From: Patescibacteria group bacterium | GTDB taxonomy: Bacteria; Patescibacteriota; Patescibacteriia; JACRDY01 | Length of the DNA stretch: 64,000 bases | Direction of reading: 5' to 3' | Assembly: GCA_041671565.1 (NCBI GenBank) | Contig: JBAZBH010000005.1 | Location: 3,083 to 67,082 of the forward strand | Part shown: positions 17,400 through 28,796 of the stretch, in pieces | Position numbering within the stretch: position 1 is the first letter of the stretch | Layout: each line of letters opens with the position of its first letter | Notes under the pieces: generated by a model | The model's input: the letters and a program-made list of their open reading frames with translations, nothing else | Database searches by the model: none | What the model was told of the DNA's origin: nothing | Program-made: the position numbers and the translations under genes

Positions 17400-18497
17400 A
17401 TGAGAATATTACTGACCGGCGGCGGAACCATGGGCTCAGTCACGCCGCTCCTCGCCACGGCCGAACAATTAAAAACCGATGGCTTAACTGCTGAGTTCCT
17501 TTGGCTGGGGACCAAGGCCGGTCCGGAGCGGGCGGTGGTGGAACTGGCGGGCATCAAATTTCAGCCGATAATCGGTGGCAAATGGCGGCGGTATTTTTCC
17601 CTGCAAAATTTGGCGGCGCCGTTTTTGGTGCTGGCAGGATTTTTCCAAAGTTTAATAATAATTATAAAGTTTAAACCGCAGGTGATTTTAACGGCCGGGG
17701 CGTTTATCTCGGTGCCCGCAGTTTGGGCCGGCCGGTTTTGCCGTGTGCCGGTTTTGGTGCATCAGCAAGATTTAACGCCGGGACTCGCTAACCGGCTAAT
17801 GGCCCCCTTCGCGAGGAAAATCACCGTGGCGCTAGAAGATTCACTGAAAAATTATCCGACGGGCAAGACCAGTTGGATTGGCAATCCGGTGCGAGCGAGT
17901 TTGTTTCAGGGCGATCGGACGGCGGGCTTAAAGAAGTTTAATCTGCAGTCCGGCCGGCCGGTGGTATTAATCGTTGGCGGGGGAACAGGTTCGGTGGTTT
18001 TGAATGAAACAGTTGATCAAGCGTTGCCGGAGTTAGTTGGTTTTTGCCAGGTGATTCATCTAACCGGAATCAAGAATCACCCCAGCAGACGCGGGGCAAG
18101 CGAATTAAGAATCAAGAATCAGGCAGTAAAAGGATATTGTGCCTTTGAATTTTTAACTACGGAAATGAGGGATGCTTTGGCGGCAGCGGATATAGTTGTT
18201 TCTCGGGCAGGTATGGGTTTTTTGAGTGAACTGGCGGCGCTTGGCAAAGCGGTGATTATTGTGCCGATGGCAGACAGCCACCAAGAGGCCAACGCCAGTT
18301 ATTTTGCCCGGCGGAACGCGGCTGTGGTTTTGCCCCAGGCGGATTTGACGCCGGAAAACTTAACTCTAGCCGTTAAAAATCTTTTAGACGGCAAGTCGGA
18401 TAAAGCCAATTTAGAGCGGAATATTAAGTCGTTATTAAAGCCCGGCGCGGCTGAGGCGATGGTTAAGGCGGTGGTGGAGTTGACAAAAGGCCAGTGA
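17400..18497 (+). CDS. murG: Lipid I GlcNAc transferase
   Basis: TGGGTMG, GNPVR, GGGTGS, SRAG...SEL, HQEANA. Confidence 0.95.
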   Translation: MRILLTGGGTMGSVTPLLATAEQLKTDGLTAEFLWLGTKAGPERAVVELAGIKFQPIIGGKWRRYFSLQNLAAPFLVLAGFFQSLIIIIKFKPQVILTAGAFISVPAVWAGRFCRVPVLVHQQDLTPGLANRLMAPFARKITVALEDSLKNYPTGKTSWIGNPVRASLFQGDRTAGLKKFNLQSGRPVVLIVGGGTGSVVLNETVDQALPELVGFCQVIHLTGIKNHPSRRGASELRIKNQAVKGYCAFEFLTTEMRDALAAADIVVSRAGMGFLSELAALGKAVIIVPMADSHQEANASYFARRNAAVVLPQADLTPENLTLAVKNLLDGKSDKANLERNIKSLLKPGAAEAMVKAVVELTKGQ

Positions 18498-18529
18498 AAA
18501 TATAGAATAAAGCCGATATTATAACGATT

Positions 18530-18589
18530 GATATTTGATATTTGTTATTTGGCATTGATTGGTCATTGGGATTTGGACATTTGTCATTT
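18530..18589. repeat. Single arm of the CCAATGT-family heptamer element
   Basis: ATTTGGCATTGATTGGTCATTGGGATTTGGACATTTGTCATT. Confidence 0.75.
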
Positions 18590-18598
18590 TATTATTTC

Positions 18599-18673
18599 GG
18601 GTGCTTAGCTCAGTGGTAGAGCGCCAGCCTTTTAAGCTGGGCGTCGCGGGTTCGATCCCCGCAGCACCCACCA
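18599..18673 (+). tRNA. tRNA-Lys(TTT), CCA encoded
   Basis: Cloverleaf; anticodon arm CCAGC-CTTTTAA-GCTGG; GGTTCGATCC T-loop. Confidence 0.95.
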
Positions 18674-18720
18674 AAAAGCAATCTCTGGATTAGGAGGTTG
18701 TTTTTTGTTATAATTTGACT

Positions 18721-19362
18721 ATGGATAATCGCCGGTTAATCAAAAATCTCAACCTAGCCGCCGAAGAGCGAATTTTGTTTCTGCTCCGGCGATACAGCCT
18801 GACTTATTTTTGGCAGGCGGCGGCCGCTTTAGTTTTGCTCCTTTTGCCATGGTTTTTGCTTTATTTGTTATTTTCCATTGCCACTTGGGGACCAATATTA
18901 TTTATTTTACTTCTGTTAATCGGTGTATTGGCGGCGGCGCGGCTTTATATCGCTTATTATTTTAATTGTTTAGTCGTGACCGACCGGCGGCTGATTGATT
19001 TTGACCAGCGGGGGATTTGGGACCGGACGATCTCGGAAGTGCCGCTGGAACATGTCCATGATTTAAGTTATCGTCGCAAAGGAGTAGTTGAATCAATTTT
19101 CAACTACGGTTTGATTCAATATGCCATTCCGCCGGGTCGAGCCAAAATTGTGGTTAAAGGCATAAAAGATCCACAGTTTATCTGTCAACAGATTATTGGC
19201 TGGGTGGAGGCGGCGCGGTCAGCCAAAAGCTTGGCAACCGTTAGACCAGTCGAAGGGTCGATTGATACCGCCGCGAGCCTTAAAAAATTGCTCAATGAAA
19301 TGAAGGCCGAACTGGGTCCGGTTGGTTTTGATAAAATTATCCGAGAAGTAAAGGGCGGATAA
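18721..19362 (+). CDS. Membrane protein with a bacterial PH domain
   Basis: Two TM helices, VVTDRRLI..DQRG, FNYG. Confidence 0.75.
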   Translation: MDNRRLIKNLNLAAEERILFLLRRYSLTYFWQAAAALVLLLLPWFLLYLLFSIATWGPILFILLLLIGVLAAARLYIAYYFNCLVVTDRRLIDFDQRGIWDRTISEVPLEHVHDLSYRRKGVVESIFNYGLIQYAIPPGRAKIVVKGIKDPQFICQQIIGWVEAARSAKSLATVRPVEGSIDTAASLKKLLNEMKAELGPVGFDKIIREVKGG

Positions 19363-19506
19363 GGCAGTCGGGGGGGGTAAAGATTTTCTAGAATCAGAGG
19401 TAAAAGAGCGGTAAAATTCCGTTAATTATATGGGGAATGGCAGATTAGCGGTTTTTTTGTTATAATGGGCTGGTTGCTGAATGTCTCGGTAACCGCCAAG
19501 GTTTTT

Positions 19507-19890
19507 ATGAAATTTTCCTCCGGACAAATCTTAAAATCAAGGTGGCTGATTGCGGTTTGTTTGGTGATTCTGGTTTTTTTGCTGGTTACCTTTGGCCGCG
19601 AGTTTTACCGCCGTTATTATTTGGAAGAGCAAATCAAGGCTTTGGCCGGGCAAGTGTCGGAACTGGAGAATAAAAATCAGGAATTTAATCAGTTGATTAA
19701 TTATTTGCAAACAACTAATTTTACCGAGGAAGAGGCGAGAGTTAAACTGGGCCTAAAAAAGCCGGGTGAAGAAGTGGTGGTGATTAATCAGGCGGATGGC
19801 GGTTTCGCCACTAAACTGACAGCGGAGTCAGGCGGCCGGTGGGGCAACCCGGGTCGTTGGTGGAACTATTTTTTTGGACTAAAATCTTAA
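19507..19890 (+). CDS. FtsB/DivIC-like septum formation initiator
   Basis: TM + coiled coil + EEEARVKLGLKKPGE. Confidence 0.85.
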   Translation: MKFSSGQILKSRWLIAVCLVILVFLLVTFGREFYRRYYLEEQIKALAGQVSELENKNQEFNQLINYLQTTNFTEEEARVKLGLKKPGEEVVVINQADGGFATKLTAESGGRWGNPGRWWNYFFGLKS

Positions 19891-19932
19891 GGTTAATTAA
19901 ATAAAAAATAATTAATTATAAAAAAGAAAATT

Positions 19933-20952
19933 ATGCTTAATCAAAAAGAAAAAAAGTCAGTCAGTGAGCTACTCGACGAAGAAATGACTAGCCCGGCCGT
20001 CAGCGAAGACGCGCCTGCCAGCCAAAAATACAAAAAGTTTGCCCTGGGCGCGGGCATCGGCGTCATTGGTGTTGCCTTGGTTTTAATGATTGTTTCGGTG
20101 GTCGTATTTTATCGTGATCCGTTCCGGTTTCCGGCCTTGACCGGCATGGCTAAGTTTTTGTCTTTGCCGATTGCTTCGGTGGAGGGTAAGTTGATCAGTT
20201 ACCGCGATTTTGACCGCGATTACCGGATTTTGACTTATTACTACCAACAACAAGTGAAAACCGGCAATATTCAAGCGAGCGAATTGCCGACGGAAAAACA
20301 AAACCGGCAGGATATTTATAATCAGCTGATTAGCAAGACTTTGGTGGAAAAATTGGCCAAAAAGTATGAATTAACCGTCAGCGATATTGAGATTGAGGCT
20401 TTTTGGCAGAAAGAAGTGGTTAGCACCTTTACCGATGAGACCGAAGCGATTGCCAAGATTAAGGAATTTTACAATTTAACGGCGCCGGAATTTAAAGAGG
20501 AAGTATTGAAAGGCAATATGCTTTATGACAAGGTCGCCTCGGCGATGGAATTTGACAAAGATTTGCAACAGCCGGCTAAGGAGCGGGCGGATAAGGTGCT
20601 CGCCGAAGTGAAAAAAGGCGAAAAAAGTTTTGAGGATTTGGCCAAGGAATACAGTGAAGACCCGGGTACCAAAGACAAAGGCGGAGACTTGGGATTTTTT
20701 GGCCGCGGCGTGATGGTGCCGGAATTTGAGACTGCGGTTTTTGGCATGAAGGTCGGGGAAACCAGCGATTTGGTCCAAACCAGCTATGGTTATCACATTA
20801 TTAAACTGGTGGAGAAACACGAAGCGAGCGCTGACGGCAAGCAGGTGGAAGAAGTTAAAGCCAGCCATATCCTGATTAAAGGCGTGACGCTGGGAACTTA
20901 TTTGCCGGAGACCAGAGACTCTAAAGCGGTCAAAAAATATCTCAGCTTATAA
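19933..20952 (+). CDS. PrsA/SurA-like parvulin PPIase
   Basis: FEDLAKEYSED, GGDLGFF, YGYHII. Confidence 0.9.
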   Translation: MLNQKEKKSVSELLDEEMTSPAVSEDAPASQKYKKFALGAGIGVIGVALVLMIVSVVVFYRDPFRFPALTGMAKFLSLPIASVEGKLISYRDFDRDYRILTYYYQQQVKTGNIQASELPTEKQNRQDIYNQLISKTLVEKLAKKYELTVSDIEIEAFWQKEVVSTFTDETEAIAKIKEFYNLTAPEFKEEVLKGNMLYDKVASAMEFDKDLQQPAKERADKVLAEVKKGEKSFEDLAKEYSEDPGTKDKGGDLGFFGRGVMVPEFETAVFGMKVGETSDLVQTSYGYHIIKLVEKHEASADGKQVEEVKASHILIKGVTLGTYLPETRDSKAVKKYLSL

Positions 20953-20960
20953 AGCTAAAA

Positions 20961-20995
20961 TTAAAACCGCGAAAGGATATCTTTCGCGGTTTTAA
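20961..20995. terminator. Bidirectional terminator
   Basis: TTAAAACCGCGAAAG-GATAT-CTTTCGCGGTTTTAA. Confidence 0.85.
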
Positions 20996-21143
20996 GATAA
21001 TTGGTTATTTTCATCTGCCATCGCCTTAGTCGATAGTCGGAAACCACGCAGTTTATAATTTTAGCCGGACATCGTTTTAGTTGATGGTTCTATCTTGGCG
21101 AAGTAACTTCTATTTTATTACTATTTTGTTAATCCGTTTGATT

Positions 21144-21219
21144 TGGAGCCATCTGTGGGGATCGAACCCACGACCTACGGTTTACGATACCGTCGCTCTA
21201 CCAACTGAGCTAAGATGGC
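21144..21219 (-). tRNA. tRNA-Thr(CGT), CCA encoded
   Basis: Reverse-complement cloverleaf; anticodon arm ACGGT-ATCGTAA-ACCGT. Confidence 0.9.
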
Positions 21220-21256
21220 CGGCAAATTAAAGGGATCGGTTGCTTGCCATGGTCTA

Positions 21257-21327
21257 AGCGGATGACGGGAATTGAACCCGCTTCACTAGCTTGGGAAGCT
21301 AGTATAATACCGTTATACGACATCCGC
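21257..21327 (-). tRNA. tRNA-Gly(CCC), no encoded CCA
   Basis: GCGGATG acceptor stem; CTAGC-TTCCCAA-GCTAG. Confidence 0.9.
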
Positions 21328-21386
21328 TCGGATAAAGGCAGGCTGAGGCGAGCGCCTTCCGCAAGTGTCTGAAATTATATACGGCT

Positions 21387-22184
21387 ATGGAAAAAAAATC
21401 AAGGGAAAGGGTGGTTTGGCATTCAGCGATATTCAGTTTAATTCTGTTAATATCGCCGTTTTTGGTTATGGCTGAAGAAGCAGAAACCGCGCCAACGCCG
21501 GCGGCGGAAGTGGAAATTTTCCCGGTTAGCTTAAGCTCTAAAGCGGCGGCGTTAAAGCAGTCAATCGGCCCGGCCAGCGGTTTTCAATTAAGTCTGGGTG
21601 CTAAGACTCTTGGCGCTGAAACAGATATTATCTTCAAAAAGAGGAATATTTTTCCTGAAGAACTAACTTTACCGGACAATAAAGTGGCTCTGAGTCCGCT
21701 CTGGGAATTTGATTTAACCAATAAAAAAGCCTATAACCGCCGCCAGCCTTTGCGCTTGCAGCTAACTTATGAGGCGAGTTTAGCGGCGAAGGGGATTTTT
21801 TTCTGGAACGGCAAAACTTGGCAGGCGCTGCCCAGCCAGATAGTTGACTCAACCAAACGGCTGATCGAAGCGCCGATTTATCTGCCTTACGCTAAAGTAA
21901 TAGTGCTCGGCGACGCGAAGATTATGGGCGAAGGGCAAGCCTCGTGGTATAATTATAAAAAGTGCGACTGCGCCGCTTCACCCGATTATCCCAAAGGCAC
22001 GAAATTAAAAGTGACTAACATCGCGAATGGCAAGTCAGTGGTGGTAAAAGTCAACGACTTCGGTCCGGAGCGGGATATTTTTCCAGCTCGGGCGATTGAT
22101 CTGGATGTGGTGGCTTTTAAGAAAATTGCCAATAAGCGCGCCGGGGTGATCGAGGTGCTGGTGGAGCCGGTGGCGAAGCATTAA
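21387..22184 (+). CDS. Exported protein with an RlpA-like double-psi beta-barrel domain
   Basis: Signal peptide; GQASWY, PKGTKLKVTN, VNDFGP, IDL. Confidence 0.8.
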   Translation: MEKKSRERVVWHSAIFSLILLISPFLVMAEEAETAPTPAAEVEIFPVSLSSKAAALKQSIGPASGFQLSLGAKTLGAETDIIFKKRNIFPEELTLPDNKVALSPLWEFDLTNKKAYNRRQPLRLQLTYEASLAAKGIFFWNGKTWQALPSQIVDSTKRLIEAPIYLPYAKVIVLGDAKIMGEGQASWYNYKKCDCAASPDYPKGTKLKVTNIANGKSVVVKVNDFGPERDIFPARAIDLDVVAFKKIANKRAGVIEVLVEPVAKH

Positions 22185-22258
22185 AACACGAGAACATTAA
22201 AACATTAAAACAAAAAGACACTTTATAGTTAATTGTTTCAATGTTTTAGTATTTTAGT
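22177..22258. repeat. Octamer (AAAACATT) inverted-arm element
   Basis: CATTAAAACACGAGAACATTAAAACATTAAAAC ... GTTTCAATGTTTTAGTATTTTAGT. Confidence 0.75.
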
Positions 22259-22270
22259 GGCCGAACGAGT

Positions 22271-22951
22271 ATGATCAAATTCAAAAATGTCAGCAAAATT
22301 TATCCCGGCGACACTAAAGCGGTGAACGGCGTGACGCTCCATATCAAGCCGAAAGAGTTTGTTTCCATCGTGGGCCAAAGCGGCACGGGCAAGACCACTT
22401 TGGTGCGGCTGATGATCGCCGAAGAGCGGCCGGACAAAGGGCAAATTATTGTCGGCGGTTGGGATATCACCGAAATTAAAAACCGCGAAATACCATTTTT
22501 GCGGCGGCAGATCGGCGTGGTTTTTCAAGACTTTAAACTTTTGCGCCAAAAAACCGCTTACGAAAATATCGCTTTTGCCCTGGAAGTCTGCGGCGCGCCC
22601 AAGAAACGAATTGAGGCCGTGGTGCCGCAAGTGTTGCGGATCGTCGGTCTGGAGGGCAAGGACCGCCGCTACCCGCGCCAGCTTTCCGGCGGGGAACAAC
22701 AGCGAGTGGCGATTGCCCGGGCGTTAGTCCATCGCCCCAAAATTTTAGTAGCAGATGAGCCGACCGGCAACCTGGATTCAATCACGACCAGAGAAATTGC
22801 CGATTTGCTTCTAAAAATCAATGAATTTGGCACCACGATTGTTTTGGTGACTCATGACCGGGAGGTAGTTGATTATGTTAAAAAACGGGTGGTAACGATG
22901 GATAATGGGCAAATTATCGGCAGCCAGCGGAGTGGGAAGTACATCTTATAA
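22271..22951 (+). CDS. ftsE: Cell division ATPase FtsE
   Basis: Walker A, LRRQIGVVFQDFKLL, LSGGEQQRV. Confidence 0.95.
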   Translation: MIKFKNVSKIYPGDTKAVNGVTLHIKPKEFVSIVGQSGTGKTTLVRLMIAEERPDKGQIIVGGWDITEIKNREIPFLRRQIGVVFQDFKLLRQKTAYENIAFALEVCGAPKKRIEAVVPQVLRIVGLEGKDRRYPRQLSGGEQQRVAIARALVHRPKILVADEPTGNLDSITTREIADLLLKINEFGTTIVLVTHDREVVDYVKKRVVTMDNGQIIGSQRSGKYIL

Positions 22952-22956
22952 ATCAG

Positions 22957-23051
22957 CGGTTAAGTCGATAGGTTGTTAGGTAGTTATGACGCCGCCTGCG
23001 GCGGCGTTAAGACCTAACGACCTAACTACTTAACCACCTATCAACCTAACC
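22957..23051. repeat. Octamer (TAGGTnGT) inverted-arm element with a GC palindrome in the loop
   Basis: GATAGGTTGTTAGGTAGTT ... ACGCCGCCTGCGGCGGCGT ... ACCTAACGACCTAACTACTTAACC. Confidence 0.8.
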
Positions 23052-23053
23052 CT

Positions 23054-23965
23054 ATGGCTTACATCTGGCGTTTAATCAAACTGGCGCTGCAAGACTTTTC
23101 TCGCAATATCTGGTTGTCCCTCGTGACTATCAGTATTTTGATTTTAACCCTGATTTCTATTAATGTTCTGGTGGTTTTCAACGCCATGACCGGCACAGCG
23201 GTCAAGGTCATCTCTGATAAGGTTAATATCAGTGTTTATTTTAAGCCCGGCGTCAGTGAAGAGGCGATTAGTAAAATGAAGGCCGATCTGGTGGCCCTAC
23301 CCGAAACGGCGGAAGTTGATTATACTTCGGCCGACGAAGCGGCCCAGGCCTTTAAAAACCGCCACGAAGGCGACACGGCGATTATTGCCGCTTTGGATGA
23401 ACTGGGTACTAGCCCGCTCGGCGCGACCCTGCGAATTAAGGCGCGCCAGCTTTCCGGCTACCCGGCTCTTTTGGCGGCCGTTAATCAACCGCAGTATAAC
23501 GAATTGATCGCCAACCAAGATTATAATGACCGGCAAGAAATGATTGCCAAAATTTCCGAGTGGACCGCCGCCGGCAAGAAGATTGCCTTAGTTTTTATCG
23601 TGTTTTTTATCCTGATTTCGGCTTTGATTGTCTTCAACACGGTGCGGGTGGCAATTTACACCCATCGCGACGAAATCGGCATTGAAAAGCTGGTGGGCGC
23701 CACTAACTGGTTTGTCAGCTTGCCGTTCGTGATTGAAAGCGCGCTTTACGGTTTGATTGCCATTGTCGTGATTATGGCGATCACTTATCCCGGTTTGACT
23801 GTGATCCAGCCGTATTTGGCGAGATTCTTCGGCGCCGGGCAAATAAATGTCCTGACTTATTTCAACCAGCACTTTTTGGCGATTTTTGGCTCGGAATTCT
23901 TGGTGATCACGCTTTTGAACATCTTGGCGAGTGTGGTGGCGGCGAGGAAGTATTTGAAGGTGTAA
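23054..23965 (+). CDS. ftsX: Cell division permease FtsX
   Basis: NTVRVAI..R.EI..KLVGAT.WFV..PF; follows ftsE. Confidence 0.95.
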   Translation: MAYIWRLIKLALQDFSRNIWLSLVTISILILTLISINVLVVFNAMTGTAVKVISDKVNISVYFKPGVSEEAISKMKADLVALPETAEVDYTSADEAAQAFKNRHEGDTAIIAALDELGTSPLGATLRIKARQLSGYPALLAAVNQPQYNELIANQDYNDRQEMIAKISEWTAAGKKIALVFIVFFILISALIVFNTVRVAIYTHRDEIGIEKLVGATNWFVSLPFVIESALYGLIAIVVIMAITYPGLTVIQPYLARFFGAGQINVLTYFNQHFLAIFGSEFLVITLLNILASVVAARKYLKV

Positions 23966-24003
23966 TTAGTTGACTTTTGGCGATAAAAGCGTAGAATGTA
24001 ATG

Positions 24004-24167
24004 AAGTTAAGTTCAAAGTTCAAAACCCTAAGTTCAAATGCCAGCTTTGCTGGCACCCCGCCATGGCGGGGTGATTGCTAAAGCAATCAAGTTCAAAGAT
24101 CAAAAGGTGCCAGAGTTTTGGCCTTTGAACTTGATTTGAACTTTGAACCTTGGATTTTGAACTTTTT
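24004..24167. repeat. Heptamer (GTTCAAA) hairpin with three stacked mini-palindromes in the left arm
   Basis: AGTTCAAAT[48 nt]CAAGTTCAAA versus the right arm TTTGAACTTGATTTGAACT. Confidence 0.9.
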
Positions 24168-24191
24168 GGTTTTTAACCTCCCGCTGATAAC

Positions 24192-24262
24192 TGGGGGATC
24201 GTCTAATGGCAGGACATCGCCCTTTGAAGGCGACCGTCCAGGTTCGAATCCTGGTCCCCCAG
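24192..24262 (+). tRNA. tRNA-Gln(TTG), no encoded CCA
   Basis: TCGCC-CTTTGAA-GGCGA anticodon arm; GGTTCGAATCC. Confidence 0.95.
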
Positions 24263-24383
24263 TTATCGGCAGGAGCTAAGCCGTTTTTATAAAATCGCCC
24301 TTTGGGCGGTTTTTTGGTATAATCAAGCTATAACAAACTATAATAAAACCCGAAGGGTTCCCTTTGGGATAAAAACTAAAATT

Positions 24384-24641
24384 ATGGCTCTAATTTTTCA
24401 ACTTTTTGGCGTGATTGGTCTCGCCGGCATCATCTTAGGCGTTATGGGCCACAACGAAAAGCGGCAAGACGCACTGTTTATCTTTGGTGGGCTGTTTCTT
24501 CTTCTCTACAGCGTTTACCTCGGCAACTGGATTTTTATTATTCTTCAAGTGGTATTTATTAGTATTACCTTGTTTGAACTAATTCATTTGGTCCGGCGGC
24601 GGAATTGGTGGGGAAGGCTGATGAAGAAGTTCGGGCGGTAA
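24384..24641 (+). CDS. Small three-TM membrane protein
   Basis: Hydrophobic, GGLFLLLYS..L.N.IFIILQ. Confidence 0.7.
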   Translation: MALIFQLFGVIGLAGIILGVMGHNEKRQDALFIFGGLFLLLYSVYLGNWIFIILQVVFISITLFELIHLVRRRNWWGRLMKKFGR

Positions 24642-24651
24642 AATTTTAATT

Positions 24652-26016
24652 ATGAAAATTTCTTTTCATGGCGCGTGCCGGGAGGTAACCGGCTTTTGTT
24701 GTTTGGTGGAGACGGACGCCGCCAAGTTTTTGGTGGACTGCGGCATGTTTCAGGGCGGCAAATTTGCCGAAGAACATAATCTTGATCCTTTTGGTTTTGA
24801 CCCGAAAACGATTGATTTTGTTCTGCTGACCCACGCCCACGCCGACCATTGCGGCCGTTTGCCGCGGCTGTATAAAGAGGGTTTCCACGGCCAGGTTTAC
24901 GCCACCGAGCCGACCAAAGACTTTGCCCGGATTATGCTGCTCGACTCGGCGCGAGTGATATTTTCTGAGGCGCTCGCGGAAAACCGTTTGCCGCTTTACC
25001 TCGCCGAGGATGTGGAGGGCGTGATGGCGCTATTTAAAGAGCAGAATTATCGGGAGCCATTTCAGCCAACAGCCGATATCCGTGTTCAGGCGCGCGATGC
25101 CGGACATATCTTGGGTTCGGCGTTCTTTGAAGTTTGGGTGAAAGAAGGCGGGGTAGAGAAGAAGTTGGTTTTCTCAGGCGACCTCGGTAACCCGCCCCAG
25201 CCGATTGTCCGCGATACCGAATTCGCGGATAGCGCCGACTTGGTTGTCCTGGAGTCAACTTACGGCGGGCGGATCCATGAACCGGCCGAAATGCGCCTCA
25301 AAATGCTCCAAGAAGCGATTACCGAGTCGGTGGGCCGCGGTGGCGTCCTGATGATCCCGGCTTTTGCCCTGGAGCGGACGCAAGAAGTGCTGTATGAACT
25401 GAACCACTTGGTGGAGAATAAACTGGTGCCGCCGGTGCCGATTTTTATTGACAGCCCGCTGGCAATTAAGGCGACGGAAGTTTATAAAAAATATATTAAT
25501 CTTTATGACGCCGAATCGCGCGCTTTGATCTCGGCCGGCGACGACCTTTTTAACTTTCCCGGCATTCACTACACGCCGACGCCGTCCGAGTCCAAGAAAA
25601 TCAACCAGTGGCCGGCGCCCAAAGTCATCCTCGCCGGCAGCGGCATGTTGGTGGGCGGGCGAATCGGTTATCACCTTAAATATAATCTGGGTGATCCGAA
25701 GAACCATTTGCTGATTATCTCCTGGCAACCGCAAGGCGGCCTGGGCCGGCAACTTCTGGAAGGCGCCAAGTCAGTGGTGGTCGCGGGCGAGCGGCTGGCG
25801 GTCAAAGCTAGAGTGTCGGCGATTGGCGCTTATTCCTCGCACGCCGATCAACCCAAACTTCTACACTGGGTTAAAATGATGGCGCAGAAAACACCGCAAA
25901 AGGTGTTTGTCGTCCACGGTGAAGAGAAGCAAAGTTTGATGGTGGCGGATGGGTTGAAGGAGAAGCTGGGGTTGAACGGGGTGGTGCCGGTAGTGGGGGA
26001 GGTATTTGAAATATAG
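24652..26016 (+). CDS. Metallo-beta-lactamase/beta-CASP ribonuclease
   Basis: THAHADHCG, AGHILGS, SGDLG, ESTYG, YSSHAD, VHGE. Confidence 0.95.
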   Translation: MKISFHGACREVTGFCCLVETDAAKFLVDCGMFQGGKFAEEHNLDPFGFDPKTIDFVLLTHAHADHCGRLPRLYKEGFHGQVYATEPTKDFARIMLLDSARVIFSEALAENRLPLYLAEDVEGVMALFKEQNYREPFQPTADIRVQARDAGHILGSAFFEVWVKEGGVEKKLVFSGDLGNPPQPIVRDTEFADSADLVVLESTYGGRIHEPAEMRLKMLQEAITESVGRGGVLMIPAFALERTQEVLYELNHLVENKLVPPVPIFIDSPLAIKATEVYKKYINLYDAESRALISAGDDLFNFPGIHYTPTPSESKKINQWPAPKVILAGSGMLVGGRIGYHLKYNLGDPKNHLLIISWQPQGGLGRQLLEGAKSVVVAGERLAVKARVSAIGAYSSHADQPKLLHWVKMMAQKTPQKVFVVHGEEKQSLMVADGLKEKLGLNGVVPVVGEVFEI

Positions 26017-26254
26017 CTGTAAGCTGTAAGGTATAAGCTGTAAATATAACGCATTTAAACCTCTGATTACAGTCCAAAGTTCAATCCGCCGAATCGGCGG
26101 ACAAATCAGGTTCAAATGTCAAAACTCCGATAGCCTTTGATCTTTGAACTTGATTTGAACTTTGCACTTTGAACTTTGGATTTTTAACCAAGTTTTATAG
26201 AAATAAGTTAACTTACCGGTATACTTACGGCTTATACCTTAAAGCTTACAGCTA
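26014..26254. repeat. Nested heptamer hairpins (outer TAAGCTG, inner GTTCAAA) with a mini-palindrome at 26085-26101
   Basis: TAGCTGTAAGCTGTAAG ... CTTAAAGCTTACAGCTA enclosing CAAAGTTCAA ... TTGAACTTTG. Confidence 0.9.
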
Positions 26255-26303
26255 AAAAACAACGGAGGTTAAATTCGTTGTTTTTAGTAAGGCTAAGTTT
26301 TTT

Positions 26304-28500
<2,197 letters not shown>

Positions 28501-28611
28501 AAAAAAAAGCCGGTGATTTAACCATTTGGCAAGGTAATAATGTACTCCCATTTTAACATATTTTTTATAATTTTTCCAGCCCCCAAAAGACGCATTTTGC
28601 CCTTATTTTTC

Positions 28612-28722
28612 AAGCTTAATCCGCCTTCGTTCCGCCGCAGAGCTCTACGGCGGAACTTCGGCGGATTCCGCTCTGCCGAAAAGGAATCTAAGATACGGCG
28701 TTGTTCTAGAGCGGCAGAGCTT
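28612..28722. repeat. Multiply nested GC palindromes
   Basis: Inner 28629-28656 within 28618-28667, next to or within a GCTCTGCCG/CGGCAGAGC stem. Confidence 0.75.
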
Positions 28723-28796
28723 CATTTTAATGTGGATAAGGGGGGAAATTTAAAGTTTTAGGATTTTTGTGTTATAATTTAATAAATTGCGATTTT

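Noticed and set aside
21000-21140. Possible ncRNA or att remnant downstream of tRNA-Thr
   Set aside because: No duplicated tRNA end, ORF or convincing structure seen.
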